A stretch of DNA of 62,645 nt, counting the filler, from Rhabdomonas costata (taxonomy: Eukaryota): the NCBI GenBank assembly GCA_019059605.1. It is 35 parts of 35 records of this genome, joined end to end, with 100 filler letters (N's around TTAATTAATTAA, not from the genome) between each part and the next. Parts side by side here need not be neighbours in the genome. Positions count along the whole stretch, not along the records: positions 57,366 to 59,058 come from JAHMHO010010588.1; positions 59,159 to 60,850 come from JAHMHO010010589.1; positions 60,951 to 62,645 come from JAHMHO010010590.1; 32 more parts are not named here. One strand, given 5' to 3'. Under the pieces are notes generated by a model, which saw only the letters and a list, made by a program, of their open reading frames with translations, searched no databases and was not told where the DNA came from. Numbering within the stretch: position 1 is the first letter of the stretch; each line of letters starts with the position of its first letter. A program made the translations under genes and the position numbers. Shown here piece after piece: positions 58,792 through 62,645 of the stretch.

Positions 58792-61700
58792 CGGCTAATG
58801 TATCGAGCCACAACGGTATCCACTCCTCCCCACTCGTACGACTTTTAATATTCATCCTGATTTCGACGGTTTCGAATGAAGCGGCTCGTCCGCTCCCGCA
58901 GCACTAGTTTTCCGCTATCCTTTGGATCTGGGGACTGAGACAGGGAAGGGCAAATACGAAGAGATGGGGGTGGGGGACACCGCAGCTACTGGGACGTCTT
59001 GAGCCGGGACCCACCCCCGGACCAACTCCGGATGACCTGCGAGGGCCTCACCCCAACCNNNNNNNNNNNNNNNNNNNNNNNNNNNNNNNNNNNNNNNNNN
59101 NNTTAATTAATTAANNNNNNNNNNNNNNNNNNNNNNNNNNNNNNNNNNNNNNNNNNNNCGTGTTTGTTTTTCTGAAGGAGTGTGTGTGTTGCAGTGTGTT
59201 GTAGGTAGGGTGTGCATGAGTGTGTGGTGCGCTTTTTCATGTCAAGATTGGCTGACGTATTGAGTGTATTCACGGGCTAGGAAAAAGCCTCGCCTCAGGA
59301 GTCACATGTGCCGGCAAGTTCTGGGATCTGTGCTTTACTGTACCTCCATGTTGGTGGACTGGCAGCCCGTGAATCGCTTTCTTTTTCAGAGTGGTCTCCT
59401 GAGAATTGTAATTCAATTTTGTTCAAGTCAATGAAACTTTGGTTCGGGCTTAATTTTCCTTGCTTGGTTGTTATTTTCTAAAGATTTGAAAGTGTAATTC
59501 GCAAGAATAAATACTCTCTTGTCTAGTGACTTTACTATTTGGGGTCGAGGAGGTCAGTAATCGTTTTCGGCCTGTTCACATCGCTTGGACACAGATTTAT
59601 AATGCCAGAGGTTCAGTATTTTGCAGGTTACTTTAGCCGGGGGGCTAGCTGGGCTGGGCTTATACATACACCATCCATCGGTTCCAAAAGTACCTCCCCC
59701 CCCCCTTCGCCGCAGTGATCTGATCATTAAGGACCACATCTCTGTAGGATCTGGATTAATTGACCACGACCCCAGAGGAAGCGGACTGTTCAACCACGTA
59801 AGCAAGGACTGCCACGTTAAGAAGGGTAATTGGGTGGTGCAATTGCTGTTTTAGTACATTGCGACATCCTCAGTGCTAGTTTTCCCTGAACTGCAGTAGT
59901 TCGTTCGAGGTGGAAGAGGTATTTCATTATCTGGAGTTGTTTTGCAGTCTCTTCGGAACCCCAGGTCACACCACTGACGACCGAGCCCGGCGTTCCCGGC
60001 GTACCCGGCGTTCTACTTCATCTTTTGGCCATACCAAAAAAAAACGGCCGCGCCACCGCAGCATCGCTTCTTTCCCACGTCCCTATTGCGGGGGTTCCAT
60101 TTGGTTCTTTTCAGCCTCTTCATCCCCCCTCGGGCGCCTTTCCTGCCATCGTGCGCGTGATCAAAAATGGGGGTGCTACGGCCCTTTTTTTTTGGTCCAT
60201 GCTACGACCCTTTATTTTGGTCCGAATCCCTTGGGGAACGTAACCCTTGGTCTCTAGGACCGGCCGGCGGACCCGGCGATGAACCACCCGCGAAGGTAGA
60301 AGGGAAAACTCGGTTGGTCAGCCGGATTGGTTGGTCATGGCGCCCTTTCCCCCGCCAAAATTCAAACGAACCCTTGAGAATACCAAAAATTAAGTAGGGA
60401 GGTGGTGCTTGGCCGCCCTCTTGCCCCGGTACCTGAATACATCAGGTTCGACCATGTTTCATCCCTTGAGAGAAACAAAAATTGTAAACTGATGTGCGCC
60501 GGTGGCCGCGGCCCCAAGAAAAACAACAATGGGTAAACCGATCGGCCCATTCCAGCACATAGAAAAAGCTCAAACGGACGGGTTTTGCAGAAAAGCACGA
60601 CTGATTCAAAGCTTCCAAATGAAACATCTCATAATATCATGGGCGTTTTGTACGAGAACACCCGTGCATCATTGGCTGGGAATATTTTCATCTTACACGC
60701 CGTATTGTTTGAAGGGAAATGATTTGTATGCGGGTGGTGCTTAATGTGGTGTTTGCGGTGTTTAGACTCTTCTTGATTTCATGTCCTTCCCACCTTTAAA
60801 CTTGAATATTTGCTCTGTATGTGCGTCTGGCAGGCCATTTGTTTTACAGANNNNNNNNNNNNNNNNNNNNNNNNNNNNNNNNNNNNNNNNNNNNTTAATT
60901 AATTAANNNNNNNNNNNNNNNNNNNNNNNNNNNNNNNNNNNNNNNNNNNNGTAGAAAGCTGGGTGTGGCGGTAAAAAGTTCGAATTGCAAGAAGAAAGTT
61001 GAAAGCAGAGGAATCTGCATTCGTACAAGAACTATATTGAAAGAGTTCGACGAGGAGAACGCGGTGGAGCAAAGAATTTCCAAGAATTTCGAAGGATTCC
61101 GAGGACGATATGGTGATGAGAAGATTACGCTCAGTTGAATCTTCAAGACTTTCTACACCGAGTCGGATAATCAAAAGGGGGTTTGGAAGTGTTTTGTGGC
61201 TTTTTGACCTGACGTGTTGGAATAGGAGTTTGATGACTGCGAAATGCTATGGGTTGAGTTTTGGTGTGGGAGTTTTGGTGTTTGATTTCCTCTTTCTTGC
61301 ATTTGTTTGGGGTTTTGGTTGTAGGGGTTGAGTTCGTAGGGTGCCGCGCAAAAGGTTTTGTGAAGGTTTGGGCGGTGGAGCTGTGTATAGTAACTCGTGC
61401 GGTGTTTGGCTGGACTTGTCTTGTTTGCACTGTTTGGCTGTTGCTGTGCTCGCCTTGCTTCTACGCACAAGCCGGGAATAGGGGAAAGCTGTGAAAGGCC
61501 AAAGGGCGCACACTCACACCCCATGAAGTGCGCGTGTTTGTTAGAAGGGGCGAAGCCAAAGCACACCACAGGCATCAGGCAGTCGAAAGCACACCCTCCA
61601 CGCGGAAGGGCAGCCCACACGCAGGCAGTTTGCCAAGAGGTTTGGGTTTTGGAGTTGAAGCTTGCGCGCACTCGCACCCTCGTAGCCCCGCCACCCCAGC

Positions 61701-61949
61701 AGGAAGAGATCACCGAGGAGAAGCGGGAGTCGCCCAGCGCCGCGAAAGGCGGCTGAGTGTATTCAAAGCCAGGTACTTGGTGTATACCAAGGTAAGCCCC
61801 GGCAGCGCCCAACGCGCTTCACAGGCGTTCTGGAAGCGGTGAGCCCCAAGCCGGGTCCGCAGTCCTGTGAACCCACCGGGACAGGTAAGTGGCCGGGCAG
61901 AAGGCTGGGCCGTCACACTAAGCACCACCTTTAACGAGTCCAGATGGAG

Positions 61950-62410
61950 CAGCTAACGATGCCCATGAGGCCGTGGAGGTCAATTTCCATGGATTGTACA
62001 AACCTGCCGATAATCACAACGCCACATAGTCAGACGTTCAACAAGGTCATTACTGTCACGGACCGTGGCTCAAAGCAAGTGATCTGAATTCCATGTTCGA
62101 AAAGATCAGATCACCCCAAGTGGCAGAATTGTTCTTCCTGGAGGTGATGTGTTATCGCGGCTTACCTTAGAGCATCATAACCAACAGGAACACGAAGTTC
62201 ACGAGGGCAATTTGGAAGGCATTTTGCCGCATAATGAATATTTAGGAGCCGCGGAGAACGTCAACCAGACCAGCACCACCGTGTTTTCAAATATGCCGGA
62301 TGGGCGCTTCACCAATTGGCTTCGCCGGCTGAGCTTTGTAGAATCGCCATCAACAAGGCCCCGCTGTGGGGCACCAACCCTTTTATCTTAAACCTGTGCC
62401 ACCATCCCAA
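61950..62410 (+). mobile_element. Decayed Ty3/Gypsy LTR-retrotransposon integrase core
   Basis: Read across stops and frameshifts: LTMPMRPWRSISMDC...KVITVTDRGSKQVI*IPC / QVAELFFLEVMCYRGLP*SIITNRNTKFTRAIWKAFCRIM / NWLRRLSFVE / AINKAP...NPFILNLCHHP. This matches the Gypsy rve consensus PW..ISMDF...VVVDR.SK...IP...VA.LF...I....GLP.SI.SDRD.KFTS.FW...W...L...EFA.N...SPF.L.YG..P. Confidence 0.85.
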
Positions 62411-62645
62411 CTTTTTTATACGCGAGAACGCGGCCAGTGATCAAGGCAGTTGTTTGCTAAGCTGAGCTCAGAGGGAGCATTTGTGAGCAAGCGGTGGGCG
62501 TTCAACCGCAAGTGGGCCGACGGGGCGCGATATATTGATTAACTTGCACATCTTGATTAATCATGGGGCGCTCCGCCGGAACCAGCTGGGCCATGACGGC
62601 CCGGAGCCAAGTGCCAAACGGCACCGTCGGCCGTTTTTCAAAAAA

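Overview
This window is not a contiguous locus. It is a pseudo-scaffold of 35 unrelated contigs of about 1.7 kb (1677-1702 bp), joined by artificial 100-nt linkers (N44-TTAATTAATTAA-N44), so gene neighbourhood across linkers is meaningless and most ORFs in the supplied track are spurious. The DNA is from an intron-rich eukaryote with GC-rich exons and GT-AG or GC-AG introns. It is most likely a euglenid or other euglenozoan (inference), based on at least one stem-loop intron lacking canonical borders and on degenerate class III nucleotide cyclases. By manual exon stitching I recognise fragments of: a prokaryote-type SAM methyltransferase, a CS/p23-domain protein, RPC5, a sphingomyelin/IPC synthase-like protein, a DFR-like NAD(P)-dependent reductase, two pseudo-cyclase domains, PPCS, a Skp1-like protein, a LolD/MacB-type ABC ATPase, a MATE transporter, Tim17, a Cys-rich module, a protein kinase, a GH3 beta-glucosidase, UBL3/MUB, NudC and a bacterial-type PLD-family protein. 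Mobile DNA comprises an AT-rich Polinton/virophage-like segment with a protein-primed-type PolB, stop-adjacent palindromes, 35-bp tandem repeats and an apparent junction to host-like DNA; a decayed Ty3/Gypsy integrase; and an interspersed repeat found in three separate contigs. The most interesting signals are the non-canonical introns and the PolB element. All homology calls come from motif recognition by eye, not database searches.
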